A stretch of DNA of 64,000 nt from Piromyces finnis finn (taxonomy: Eukaryota; Fungi; Neocallimastigomycota). Below the pieces are notes generated by a model. That model worked only from the letters and a program-made list of their open reading frames with translations. It had not been told where the DNA came from and made no database searches. Numbering within the stretch: the first letter of the stretch is position 1; each line of letters starts with the position of its first letter. The position numbers and the translations under genes are program-made. The stretch is taken from assembly GCA_002104945.1 (NCBI GenBank), contig MCFH01000020.1, positions 1 to 64,000 on the forward strand, in the 5' to 3' direction. Below are positions 12,733 to 24,951 of this stretch, piece after piece.

Positions 12733-15240
12733 ATGTTCAAAATATCTTTGGTAATAACATTATTATCAATTTTTATATCAAATGCAATTGCATTTGAAAT
12801 GAAATTGAATACTTTATATTTAACAGCTCGTGTTGATGGAATGACAGCTATAGATACAGTAGGTGCAGATCAAAATTCAGTTGTACCAATGATGATGGAT
12901 AGTTATGGTTTGAATTACGATACAGTTTTATTACCAACTAGCTCTTTAACTTTAGAAAAGGATAATGTTGCTTTATATAATACTATTGTTGTCGAAGGAG
13001 CTACTCTTCAACAATTAAATCAGGTTAAAGCACAAATTACAGCTTATCAAACTAAATATAAGATTAGAGTTGTATATTTAAATTGTGAGCCAGATCCTTT
13101 ACAAGGTTTTAAACAAAATGGTTTTAATCCTATTCAAACTATTGCAATGAGAAATGTAAAGTTAACAGAAGAAGCACTTCAATTAGCACACCAATATCAA
13201 ATGAAAGGAGATGATGTTAATTTCAAAGTAGAAACATGTATTCTTCGTGATATTACGGATGTCAATACTTGTATTCGATATCATCATTATGAAGTTGCAC
13301 TTGAAAATCCATCCGATCCAAATATCAAACCACTTTTAAGTTTCTTAGATTTCGAATATAACCAAGAAATTGGAGCGTATGGAGGAGCACTTATTAATAA
13401 CAATGGATTAGAAGAAATGCATTTTTGGATTTCATTTGTTGATTCTCATATTGCGTTTTTCGTTAGTCACATATGGATTCCATGGGCCAACTATGGTATG
13501 ATTGATGGCTATAGAAGACTCTTTTTCGAAATTCAAATTGATGATTACTTCACCGATAATTGCTTTAATAAGGCAGATTGTGAAGGTAAGAGAGAACCAG
13601 CAGGAGTTCCACATTACCGAACATCTGTTGAAGATATGAAGAATATTGCACAATGGCATAAAGATGTATCAAGCCGTTTACCAAAAGGATCCAACATTAA
13701 AATTGAATTAGCAATTAATGGTATTCATATTTTAACCGAAACACAACATAAAATCCAAGGGGTATTCCAAAATTGGACAGTTCCAGAAACTGGGTATGAT
13801 TACGTAAAGCCATTGGGTTTCCAAGGAACTAGTAGATGGCCAGAAGACATTGATGATGACTGGGATGATTCTTTATTACAACAATTAGATCCATTATATG
13901 CCTTCTTTAAGAAACCCGAAAATCAAGACAATTTCTATTGGCTTACTCACACTTTCACTCACTTGAAACTTGATGCAGCCTCCTACCATGATTCAGATAT
14001 GGAAATGAGAGCCAATATCAAGATGAGTAAAGAGCCATATCTTGGTATGTATGATAGAGAATGTTACTCTAAGCATAGTATTGTCACACCCGAAATCAGT
14101 GGTCTTCACAATGGAGATAATTTAAAAGCATTTTCAGAAAATGGAGTTTATTATGCGGTTGGAGATACTTCACGTACAGATCTTTCACCAGGTAATTTCT
14201 ATTTCCCATTTATTTCTAATCAGACAACATCTAATTTTGATGGATTTGTTGTATTCCCACGTCAACCACCACAAGTGTATTGGGATTGCTCTAGAATTGA
14301 AGAAAATATGGAAACATATAGATTAAGATATCCAGACCGAACATCCGTTACATGGGAAAAGCATTTAGATGAAGAAGCGGAACTTCATATTAAAAACTTT
14401 TTAAAATTAAGACATGATCCATATATGTTCCATGAAGGTAATTTAAGAAACGCAGATTTCCAAGAAGTTACAATTGGAAAAGCCACAGGTAAATTTGGAA
14501 TGATGCAACAATGGGTTGAAAGAATGGTTGTTGAAGTTGGAAAGTATTTAGATTGGCCAATGATTTCAGTTAAGATGGATGATCTTGCAGCATCGTATAT
14601 TGATAGAATCAGTAGAGCAAGTTGTCAACCACAATATACCATGGTTATTGATGATGATTCAGGTATTATTAAGGAAGTTAAAGTTGAATCCCAAGCAGAA
14701 GTTAAGCTTAATATTGTTGGAGATTATAAAGCACAATGTCGTGCTCCATTATTTGTCATGAGAAATGTTGAATTTAATGAGAAGCATGATATTCAAAATG
14801 TTGAAAAGATAGGAGATGAACCACCAACAGCATGGATAATTCTTGATAAGGCAGGAGAAAGTAAATCATTCAAATTTTCTAAAGAAATCAAGTATAATGA
14901 TGAAAAATTTGTAGGTAAATCCAGTGGAACATTTTTCTCAGGTTTTAAACTTTACTTAATAATTTTCGTTGGAATTGTTATTCTTTTACTTGCTGCTTAC
15001 TTTGTTTATGGTAAAATCACAGGAAATAAATCAGAAAGCAATTCCATGTATCATAATAATCAAAATAATTCTCAATATTACCAATCTAATATACCACAAC
15101 AATTCTCAAATGGCTATACCCAAACATTAAGAATTAATAATGATGTAAGAGCCACAGAAATTGGATTAAGACCAAATAATAATTATCAAGATAACCAAAA
15201 ACAAAAAGATTATAAAAATTATAAACAACTTATTAGTTAA
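12733..15240 (+). CDS. agd3: Agd3-like deacetylase, copy 3; TM helix plus ~70-aa Q/N-rich cytoplasmic tail
   Basis: 835-aa ORF; core nearly identical to copies 1 and 2; different signal peptide; tail diverges from copy 2 after MYHNNQN. Confidence 0.82.
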   Translation: MFKISLVITLLSIFISNAIAFEMKLNTLYLTARVDGMTAIDTVGADQNSVVPMMMDSYGLNYDTVLLPTSSLTLEKDNVALYNTIVVEGATLQQLNQVKAQITAYQTKYKIRVVYLNCEPDPLQGFKQNGFNPIQTIAMRNVKLTEEALQLAHQYQMKGDDVNFKVETCILRDITDVNTCIRYHHYEVALENPSDPNIKPLLSFLDFEYNQEIGAYGGALINNNGLEEMHFWISFVDSHIAFFVSHIWIPWANYGMIDGYRRLFFEIQIDDYFTDNCFNKADCEGKREPAGVPHYRTSVEDMKNIAQWHKDVSSRLPKGSNIKIELAINGIHILTETQHKIQGVFQNWTVPETGYDYVKPLGFQGTSRWPEDIDDDWDDSLLQQLDPLYAFFKKPENQDNFYWLTHTFTHLKLDAASYHDSDMEMRANIKMSKEPYLGMYDRECYSKHSIVTPEISGLHNGDNLKAFSENGVYYAVGDTSRTDLSPGNFYFPFISNQTTSNFDGFVVFPRQPPQVYWDCSRIEENMETYRLRYPDRTSVTWEKHLDEEAELHIKNFLKLRHDPYMFHEGNLRNADFQEVTIGKATGKFGMMQQWVERMVVEVGKYLDWPMISVKMDDLAASYIDRISRASCQPQYTMVIDDDSGIIKEVKVESQAEVKLNIVGDYKAQCRAPLFVMRNVEFNEKHDIQNVEKIGDEPPTAWIILDKAGESKSFKFSKEIKYNDEKFVGKSSGTFFSGFKLYLIIFVGIVILLLAAYFVYGKITGNKSESNSMYHNNQNNSQYYQSNIPQQFSNGYTQTLRINNDVRATEIGLRPNNNYQDNQKQKDYKNYKQLIS

Positions 15241-15556
15241 AGTAATGATTATATATATATATATATAAAAAGAGGAGGAGAGGGAGTATATAAAATCAAA
15301 TATTAAATTTTTTATTTAAATATTTAATAATTTAAAAACACTCATTTAAACCTTAGAAATTTTTTTGGATACAACTTAATTTATATTATACCGTTTATTT
15401 AAATTATAAGAGTGTTTTCATAACATTTATTTAAATTAGAAAAGTATGATTAGATGTTAAAATAATTATGAATTAGCAAATAAAAAAGAATAATTAATAA
15501 TATTTTATAAATAATTATATTTTAACAAAAATAAGAAAAAATAAACAAATGATGTC

Positions 15557-15650
15557 AGTTAATACTTGACATTTTTAATAGAAGAAATGAAATAATAAAT
15601 TTGAGTTAATACTTAACATTTTTAATAGAAAGAATGAAATAATAAACTTG
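15557..15650. repeat. Imperfect 47-bp tandem duplication
   Basis: agttaatacttgacatttttaatagaagaaatgaaataataaatttg followed directly by agttaatacttaacatttttaatagaaagaatgaaataataaacttg. Confidence 0.7.
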
Positions 15651-17046
15651 AAGTATAAAGAAATGAAATACCAAAAACTTTAATAAAATTATTTTTTAAT
15701 AATATAAAGAAAATTGGTAAATAATTAAAATTTTACCAAGGAAGTTTTGTATACATATAATTTTCCATTAATATTTCCTTATTAATTAATAATTTATCAA
15801 AGCTATCAAAATAATTGTATATATTTATTTAGCCATCCATTTTTTATTAAATTTCAAGTATTTTGTATTAATTTATTTATATATCTATTATTTAACAAAC
15901 GGAACACACCACCAATAATCTTCCTAGTTTTATTAAAATAGGACCAATAAAATAAAAGCAAATAAATACAAGTTATTAACTATTTAATATATATTTAAAT
16001 TATAATATATTAAATTACAGAAGAAAAGATGAATCTTTATATAAATTAAAATGAAAACTCTATATATAAAATAATTATATTATCATTAATAAGAATACAT
16101 ATAAAGCTGCAAAAATATCAATACAATATATTTATATTATGTATATTTTATATTATGTGAATAATTTAAAAGTAAAAAAGATCTTTTCATTGTAAAAAAT
16201 AAGTATAGACTAAATAGATTTTATTATCAAAATTTTATATTTTATCTATTTTTTTAATTAAAAATCAATTAAATAACAAGATATAAAAATGTAATATATA
16301 TATATATATATATATTAAAAACTACAAAAAAAAATCTATTTAATTAAAAAATATGAAATTCTGTAGTACATCATATTAACTAATTAATATTTAAAAATGA
16401 ATTTATATATATTTTTATATATATAAATATCAAATATAGATGAGAGAATATAGGTACTCGTGCAACTAATTAAAAAAATTTATTTTTAAATAATTAAAAT
16501 CTATATAATATAGTATAGATATAATATATGGTAAATATAATAATTAAGTAAAATTTTTTATTAAATTTGTAATTTATACTATTAATGTATTAATTCTATT
16601 ATATAATATTTCTTACTACATCATTTGTAATTAATACATAAATACATTATAATATACAGTAATATGTACAATAATATATGATATGATAACAATTTATAAT
16701 TAAATTTTATTAAATTTAATTTAAATACAATTAATATGATTATAAAGAAAAATTTAGATAATTAAACTATATTTTAATAAATTCAATTAATTATGCATTA
16801 TACCACCACTACTTTACCTTCCTTATTAAAGTATTTAGAAAAAAAAAAAAAAAAGAAATTATTCTAGAGAAAATTTAAAAAATCCAATAAAATTAATCAA
16901 TTTAATGACTATTACTAAAATATAAATAAAAATAAATATTTTTGTTTTGTCTAATAAACACATATTTTATTTTAATACCCTTTTTTAATTAATATACAAA
17001 AAAAGAAAGTATTTACATACTGAAAGAATAAATAATATATATTAAA

Positions 17047-19182
17047 ATGATTAAAAAAATAATAAATGTTGCTACTCTATTTGTAGCACTGATTTCAAGT
17101 GTTTTTGCATTTGAAATGAATATGAATACTTTATATTTAACTGAAAATAGACTTAATTCAATGGTAAGTTCAATGCTCGATAGTTATGGTATGAACTATG
17201 ATATTGTTCAATTACCAGCCAAATCTTTAGTTTTAGAAAAAGACAATGTAGCTTTATATAATTCTATTGTTATTGAAAATGCCAAACAAGAAACTTTATC
17301 TGGAATTAAAGCTCAAATTGAAGAATATTCAAAAAAATACAAAATTAGAATTGCTTACCTTAACAGTGAACCAGATCAAAGTGTTGCGGCAAACAGTCAA
17401 CAATCCATTTTCATGAGAAATGTAGTTTTAACCGATCAAGGTTATGAATTAGCCAGTAAATACCAAATGAATGGTAAAGATGTTCAATTCACTGTTGGAA
17501 CTTGTATTCTTGATACTAACTTTCAATGTATTCAATATACTCACTACGAAGTTGATCCAATTATTAAGGATTCTATAAAACCTCTCTTAAAATATACTGA
17601 TATAGAAGCTTATGCTGGTGCTCTTGTTAATAGTAATGGTATAGAATCAATTCATTTCTGGATACCATTTATCGATTCTCATATTGCCTATTTTGCAAGT
17701 CATCTTTGGATTTCATATATTAATTATGGTTTGATTGATGGTTATAGAAGACTATTCTTTGAAATTCAAGTTGATGATTATTTCACAGATAATTGTTTCA
17801 ACAGTTCTGATTGTTCAGCCACTCCAGATGCACCACACTATAGAACTTCTGTTGAAGATATGGAAAATATTGCCAAATGGCAAAAGGATATTTCCTCACG
17901 TATGCCAAAAGGTTCAGATTTTAAAGTTGAATTAGCTATTAATGGTATTCACATTTTAACAAAAGCTCAACATAAACAATATGAAATTAGAAACTGGACA
18001 GATTACCTTTTCCCATATGAATACAAGAAGCCATTAAATGAACATGGTAGTAGCAGATGGCCAGAAAAATTTGATGATGATTGGGATGATAAAATTTTAC
18101 AAGATGATAAACTTTATAAACATTTTAAGAATCACGACAATCAAGATAATTTCTTCTGGTTAACTCATACATTCAGTCACCAAAAACTTGATTATGCATC
18201 CTATCGTGATACTGATTTAGAATCAAAAGAAAATATTAAAATGAGTAAAGAACCATATCTTGGCATGTATGATAGAGATTGTTACTCTAAACATAGTATT
18301 GTTACACCAGAAATCAGTGGACTTCATAATGGTGATGCATTAAAAGCTTTAACTGATAATGAAGTTTATTATGCTGTAGGTGATACTTCTCGTGTTGACG
18401 TTTCTCCAGAAAACTTTTATCTTCCATTTATTACTAATATGACTACTTCCAACTTTGATGGTTTTGTTGTAATTCCACGTCAACCACCACAAGTTTACTG
18501 GGATTGTTCAACAATCGAAGAAAATATGGAAGTTTATAAAATGAGATACCCAGACAGAACTAATGTTACATGGGAACAACACTTGAACGAAGAAGCAGAT
18601 CTTCATGCCAAAAACTTTTTAAAATTAAGACATGACCCATATATGTTCCATGAAGGTAATTTAAGAAATAGCGATTTCAAAGAAGTTAGTATTGGTTCTG
18701 GTAAGGGTAAGTATGGTATGTTACAACAATGGGTTGAAAGAGTTACCGAAGAAATTCAAAAGTATATGAATTGGCCATTAGTTTCAATTAAAATGGATAA
18801 CCTTGCTCAAACCTATTTAACAAGAATAAGTAAAGAACAATGTAAGCCAAAATACACAATGGTAGTTGATGATTCCTCCTTTAAAATATCTGAAATTAAG
18901 GTAAAGGCTACTACTGGTGAATGTAAAGTTCCATTATTAGCTATTAAAAATACCGAATTTGATAAGTCTACAGTAGATTCTATTGAAAAACTTGGTATGG
19001 ACCCACAAACGGCTTGGATTAATGTCAATGACAAATCTGTAAAATCTGTTAAATTTACAAGCAGTGTTCAATGGAATGATGATTCCTACACTGCCAAAAG
19101 TGGTAGTATTATCGCATATTCTATCTCTAGCTTAAAAATTTTATTATTAGTTGGTATTGCCACTTTATTCATCATGCATTAA
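17047..19182 (+). CDS. agd3: Divergent Agd3-like deacetylase, copy 4; probable GPI-anchor signal
   Basis: 711-aa intronless ORF with EIQVDD, WLTHTFSH, EISGLHNGD, DPYMFHEGNLRN. Ends KSGS + spacer + hydrophobic LKILLLVGIATLFIMH with no cytoplasmic tail. Confidence 0.8.
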   Translation: MIKKIINVATLFVALISSVFAFEMNMNTLYLTENRLNSMVSSMLDSYGMNYDIVQLPAKSLVLEKDNVALYNSIVIENAKQETLSGIKAQIEEYSKKYKIRIAYLNSEPDQSVAANSQQSIFMRNVVLTDQGYELASKYQMNGKDVQFTVGTCILDTNFQCIQYTHYEVDPIIKDSIKPLLKYTDIEAYAGALVNSNGIESIHFWIPFIDSHIAYFASHLWISYINYGLIDGYRRLFFEIQVDDYFTDNCFNSSDCSATPDAPHYRTSVEDMENIAKWQKDISSRMPKGSDFKVELAINGIHILTKAQHKQYEIRNWTDYLFPYEYKKPLNEHGSSRWPEKFDDDWDDKILQDDKLYKHFKNHDNQDNFFWLTHTFSHQKLDYASYRDTDLESKENIKMSKEPYLGMYDRDCYSKHSIVTPEISGLHNGDALKALTDNEVYYAVGDTSRVDVSPENFYLPFITNMTTSNFDGFVVIPRQPPQVYWDCSTIEENMEVYKMRYPDRTNVTWEQHLNEEADLHAKNFLKLRHDPYMFHEGNLRNSDFKEVSIGSGKGKYGMLQQWVERVTEEIQKYMNWPLVSIKMDNLAQTYLTRISKEQCKPKYTMVVDDSSFKISEIKVKATTGECKVPLLAIKNTEFDKSTVDSIEKLGMDPQTAWINVNDKSVKSVKFTSSVQWNDDSYTAKSGSIIAYSISSLKILLLVGIATLFIMH

Positions 19183-20039
19183 TTATTATTATTACTTTTT
19201 TTTTTTAATATATTAGACTTAACTCCATTTTTTTTTTTTTTTTTTAAAAAAAAAAGGCATAACAATATATATAAAAGAAGAATAAGAAAAAAAAATAGAG
19301 TTAAATAGATATTATATAGAAATATTTTTTTTTAATATTTATATATTTTTATTTTTAATGAATAAAAAAAAAAAAAAGAAATTTAAAGTAATAGTACATA
19401 TATTGTTTTTCTTTTCTTTTTTTTTTTTTCCCTATTATTTATCCAATATAACTTATTTTAATGATTAAATGACTATTTATTTTCCATTATTATAAAAAGA
19501 TTAATATATTATTATTATTATGAATAAATATTTAACCCAAAGAAATTGATTATTTTATTAATAAATTAATAATAATAAAAAGCATAAAAGCAAAAAAAAA
19601 AAAAAAAAAGTAAGCAAATTAATAATAAATTTAACTCTTTTTTGTGTTAATTATATGTCATACAGGTGTTTATAAAACTAATAAATATTAAATCATGGTA
19701 AATTAAAAAAAAAAAAAAAAAAAAACATTTTTTATTAAACTATCGCCATAAAAGTTGTTTTCTATATGGATTAAAAAAAGTTGTCAATATTAAACGATAA
19801 TGAAAAAAAAAAAAAAAAAACTTTAAAACATTTTCTTCCGGTACCATAATAATGACATGACAACAATAAAAAAGCTAGTTTATCTAATAACCTATTTAAT
19901 TTATCTGATTTATTAATATTAAACTTTTATAGTTTTTTTTTTTTTTCCCTTATCTAACTATTTATATAAATGGCATTTTATTATTGTTATATCTTTTATT
20001 CTATAATAGATTTTAAGAAAAATTAAAATAGTTTTTTTA

Positions 20040-20070
<31 letters not shown>

Positions 20071-21441
20071 TTTTCTTTTTTTCAATTAATAAATATGATA
20101 AATTGGTATTGGTTTCTTTTCTTTTCTTTTTTTTTATTGATGAATAAAATACTTTTATCCTTTTTTAATAATATTATGTATTAATATTATCACTTTCTTT
20201 TCAACTTTTTAGAATCCTTAAAGAAAAAAAAAAAACTCCTTTTTACACCTCTATCCTATAAATCTATAAATGAGGATCAATAAAATTTTCCCAAATATTT
20301 TTATTATACTTTAAAGTTTATTATTATTTTTAATATTTATTAAAGTAGTATAATTGATTGCTAAAATAAAAGATTATAGAGTTTTTTTTGTATAGGTTAA
20401 ATCTTTATAAACTTTTATTAATTTTAATCTTTTTTTTTTTTTTTTTTTATAAAAGGATAGAAATATAGAATAAATTTTTTATGATGTATTACTTTTATAA
20501 TACTTTTACCAATACTATTATATATATTATATATAGCTGTTGTTTAAGTTTATAAATTCATTCGTTATTATTGATAATAATACCATCATCGTCAAAGAAT
20601 ATTATTTATATCAAATCAATAAGAAAAAAGCTAATATGATAATTCTAAGAGTTTTTATGGTAGTTTAATTTTTTTCATTTTTCACTTTTTCATGTGTAAA
20701 GATTTTCCTTCTCACCAAATCATATTTATAATATTTTTTTTTTTTTTCTTGGATTGAACAAATAGAAACTCATTTAATATTTTAAGTAAAAATGATCGTC
20801 AATTTTAAATATTATAATATTAATTATATGCTTAATATTTCTTTTTGAAAGTTTTATTATTTAACTCTTGATATAATATTTAAAATAGCTGTTAAAGGAT
20901 TATTTTAGTATATATATTTATTATATAAATAACTTTTTTTTTTACAATAAAATATTATTACTTGATCATTTAAACGATAAAACTTTAAAAAAAATATATA
21001 TTTTTAGTGAAAATATTAGTAAAAGTAAAATAAATCAATATTTAAAAAGATTTTGCATTCAATAAAAACTTCATATTAAAAATATATTTTATTAGTATTT
21101 AAAGTTTGTTATTCAGATGAACCGTATATTAATATTTAATCTATATAAATTAAATTTCATTAATTGAAAACTTTTTAAAATTGAAAAAAAAAGAAATATT
21201 TAATATGATTTATTTATTATTAATGTATTATTAATATATCTAAAAACCATATAAAATAAAAATTTCTGTAAAAAAAATATTTTTATATAAAATGATTTAA
21301 AAATACTTTTTTATTTTTCTAAAATTAAAAACATAAAACAATAAAAAAAAGAATACATTAATAAAATTGAATCAATTATATATAAAAAGAATAACCTTTT
21401 TATTAAAAATATTAAATATTTCAAAAGTATATTAATTAAAG

Positions 21442-21714
21442 ATGCAATTCAAAAATATCAATATCATTCTTTCTTTCATTTACTTTGCTTCAACTGTTAT
21501 ATCTGCTCCAATAAGTGAAAATGATGTTAATGGTAAAAATCCATTCATTGAAGCTTCTCCAATTCCAGTCAAGGCTGATAAGAACCTTTTTGAAGGTCTT
21601 TTAAAGGCCGAAGGTATTAACAAGAGAGACAGTGAAAAGAACCCATTCATTGAAGCTTCTCCAATTCCAGTCAAGGCTGATAAGAACCTTTTTGAAGGTC
21701 TTATCAATCATTAG
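21442..21714 (+). CDS. Small secreted repeat-peptide precursor (KEP-like: signal peptide, two identical peptides, KR site)
   Basis: 90-aa ORF, GC-richer than flanks. Signal peptide MQFKNINIILSFIYFASTVISA; KNPFIEASPIPVKADKNLFEGL twice; dibasic KR in the spacer. DNA 21541-21600 equals 21643-21702 exactly. Confidence 0.65.
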   Translation: MQFKNINIILSFIYFASTVISAPISENDVNGKNPFIEASPIPVKADKNLFEGLLKAEGINKRDSEKNPFIEASPIPVKADKNLFEGLINH

Positions 21715-22586
21715 GCAAATGAAGGGGAAAAAAATTATGCTCCTCATTTTAAAACATTTAAATATGTATATAATATAATATATTTAAAAATAATTTATTT
21801 AACAAAACACTAAAATAGAATAAGAAGAAATAGAGATATAGAAAAGTATTGTACATTACATTGAAAAAAAAAGAAAAAAAAAATTGAAATAACAAATAAA
21901 ATAAAAAAAAGTTAAAAAATTGTATTTATTAATTAAAAAAAAATTAATTTTAAATCTTTGCCAGAGAGGAATAATAATTATTTAATGATTTTGTTCCATT
22001 TTATGTGACAAACTATGTTTAGGCATTATTTAATTTATATATTCCAATTTTTCATTTAGTTTGATCTTTTAAGAAATTTGGCTGTTTTATTTTTAAATGG
22101 TTTCCTTTAACCTTTACTATGTCAAAAAGTAGAAATCTTGATGATATAATAAAATATAATGAAGGTATTTAATAACCTATTTATTACGAGGGAAATAAAA
22201 TTTGTAAAAAAAAAAAATAGAGTTACCAGATGATACCTAATAAGAATTTAATTAATATTTATACATAAATTTATATAATGGAAACCTTTTTTTAAATGTT
22301 TACAGATTATAATGTATTAAAAAAAATGCTTAAAATGCTCTCTCTTTGAAATTAAGATTTGATAATTATAGTAAATATATATTATATATTAAAAATTATA
22401 TAAATTCAATATTAATCAAAAATATTTAATAATTTGCTAGTGTTCAAATTCATAGTTATAAATGAAGAGAATATTTTTTTTATTTTTATTAATATTAATA
22501 GGATTTACTTTTTTATTAACATTGTAAAAAAATATGTAAATATTATTTGTAATATTATTTTTTTTATTGTATTATTAAAATGATAT

Positions 22587-22904
<318 letters not shown>

Positions 22905-24019
22905 CTATTAACTACAAATTAAAAAATAAATCATTAAATCATTATTATTGATGATATGGCCTATGACCTTATTTTATCTTTATTATTTCTAGAGTTACTT
23001 ATTCCTTCTTTTCATCTCTATGGCAATAAATAAATAGTATGAGTTCTAAAGTTTCTAAATTTTAACAAATGAAAATGAATAGAAATTATATTAAGACTCA
23101 TAACTAAGATATAATTATTGTTTTGAATTAATATTTAAATAAGGATAAAGGGAAAATCACATTAATTATTAAATTATATATAACTATTATAAAGTATTAT
23201 TGAAAAAATTATTAATTATATAATATGTTTTTTTTTTTTTTTTTACTATAATTCTATAATTAATAAAAATGGTTTAAGAGGTATTCAATATAAAATAAAG
23301 ATATAGTAAACTTCACTTATTTTATAATTAAATATCTCTTAAACTATTTTTAAATTTATTTTGAAATAAAGATATATATATAAAAAAATGATGATGCATT
23401 GTCCATCCACTATGAATAATTAAATTATTATTGACTATTTTTGATGATATTGAATTTTACATTTATATTTATTTATTGATAAAAATAGAATAGGAGTATA
23501 TATATAGCCATAGTTTTTATTTTTGTATCAATTTTAATGGTGAAATAATGAAAAAATTTAATAATATTGAAAATAAATAAAAAAGTTTCAACATTTTTAA
23601 ATATTTAATATGAACCTTGGTGATTATGAACCCTTGATTAATTAATTATATATATATACATAAAGTCAAAAAAGTTTTGAAGGTGTATCATAAAGAATAA
23701 ATATTTAATAAAATAAAAAAAAAAAAAAAACAGTAACATAATAATATTAAAAAAAAAAATTAAAGTTAAAATAATAATTTTTAAAAATTTGTAATACTTG
23801 TCATACCTATGAAATACTAAAATGTAGATACAACATCCTATTATTAACACAATTATAAAATTAGGGATGAAAAAGATAAAAAACTGTGATCAAAAAGATT
23901 CAATAATCTTTTTAAAAAAAACCTGTTTATAATTTTTTTTTAATAAAAGTAATTTATTTATAAAGTATGGAGGAATTATTCCAAGTTTTATAGAACATGA
24001 CGAAACTTGATGATTAAAT

Positions 24020-24051
24020 TATATTAATATTAATATTAATATTACTATTAC

Positions 24052-24093
<42 letters not shown>

Positions 24094-24136
24094 GTTTATT
24101 ATTATTATTAATAAGTATTATTATTATTATTATTAC
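24020..24136. repeat. Compound ATATTA/(ATT)n microsatellite
   Basis: Directly visible low-complexity run. Confidence 0.85.
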
Positions 24137-24951
24137 CACATCTTTTTTTTTTTATTAATGAATAGAAACTATAAAATCCATATTAATTAAAATTTTATAT
24201 ATAAAAAACAATAATAAAATCGAGATTAAACTTTTATATATTTAAGATTTCATTAAATCAAAAGATTTTAAATTATTTAATTAATACTGAAATATCATCG
24301 AATTTTAAAAGTACTAAATATATTTAAAAAAAAAAAAAATAGATGAATTATGTCAATAATATTTTATTAAGAAAAAGAGTTTTTAATTTTATAATCTTAT
24401 GAATTTAATTATATAAAACAAATCTTTTGATTTTTTAAAGATAAAAATTCTTTAATAATAAAAATCAATTTTATTTATTAAAGACAAAATTTTTAAAAAA
24501 TATTATAAAAATCTTTATGATATTGTTTATTTATTTATTGTATTTGTAATTAATGTATTATTTGAAAAAGCCATATTATTAATAACATATCCAAATTCAT
24601 TTCTGTCTTTGAATACGTCATTTGAATGTTGTAAAATGAATAATAATTGTTTCTGTACACTTTAATAAAAATTTTGATTAATTTTGTTAAATCATCAATA
24701 TAAGGCATCCAATCAGTGGCAGTGACTGAATTAGCTTTAATACTAATAAAATTGGAATTAATATTGACATTAGCTGAATTTAGACTAAGGATTAATATTA
24801 TAAATATTGAAAAGAAGTCTTTATTAAATATTTTAATATTAAAACTTAATAATAGAGTATGAAAAATATTTTATTTTTTTATTTAAAAATTTTTTATATT
24901 AAAATGATTTATGATCTTTTATAATAAAAATAAATAATTAAAATATAAATA

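Noticed and set aside
1461-19034. Short nested or antisense ORFs in the Agd3 genes (e.g. 1461-1688, 2170-2355, 2608-2790, their repeats in copies 2 and 3, 17735-17935, 18813-19034)
   Set aside because: Off-frame shadows of the long CDS; they recur only because the host genes are duplicated.
762-19182. A complete galactosaminogalactan biosynthetic cluster
   Set aside because: No glycosyltransferase, UDP-glucose 4-epimerase, Ega3 or Sph3 homolog is visible in the window; only the deacetylases are supported.
21541-21702. CRISPR-like repeat-spacer-repeat
   Set aside because: Only two 60-nt copies, in frame within a eukaryotic secreted ORF, with no cas genes.
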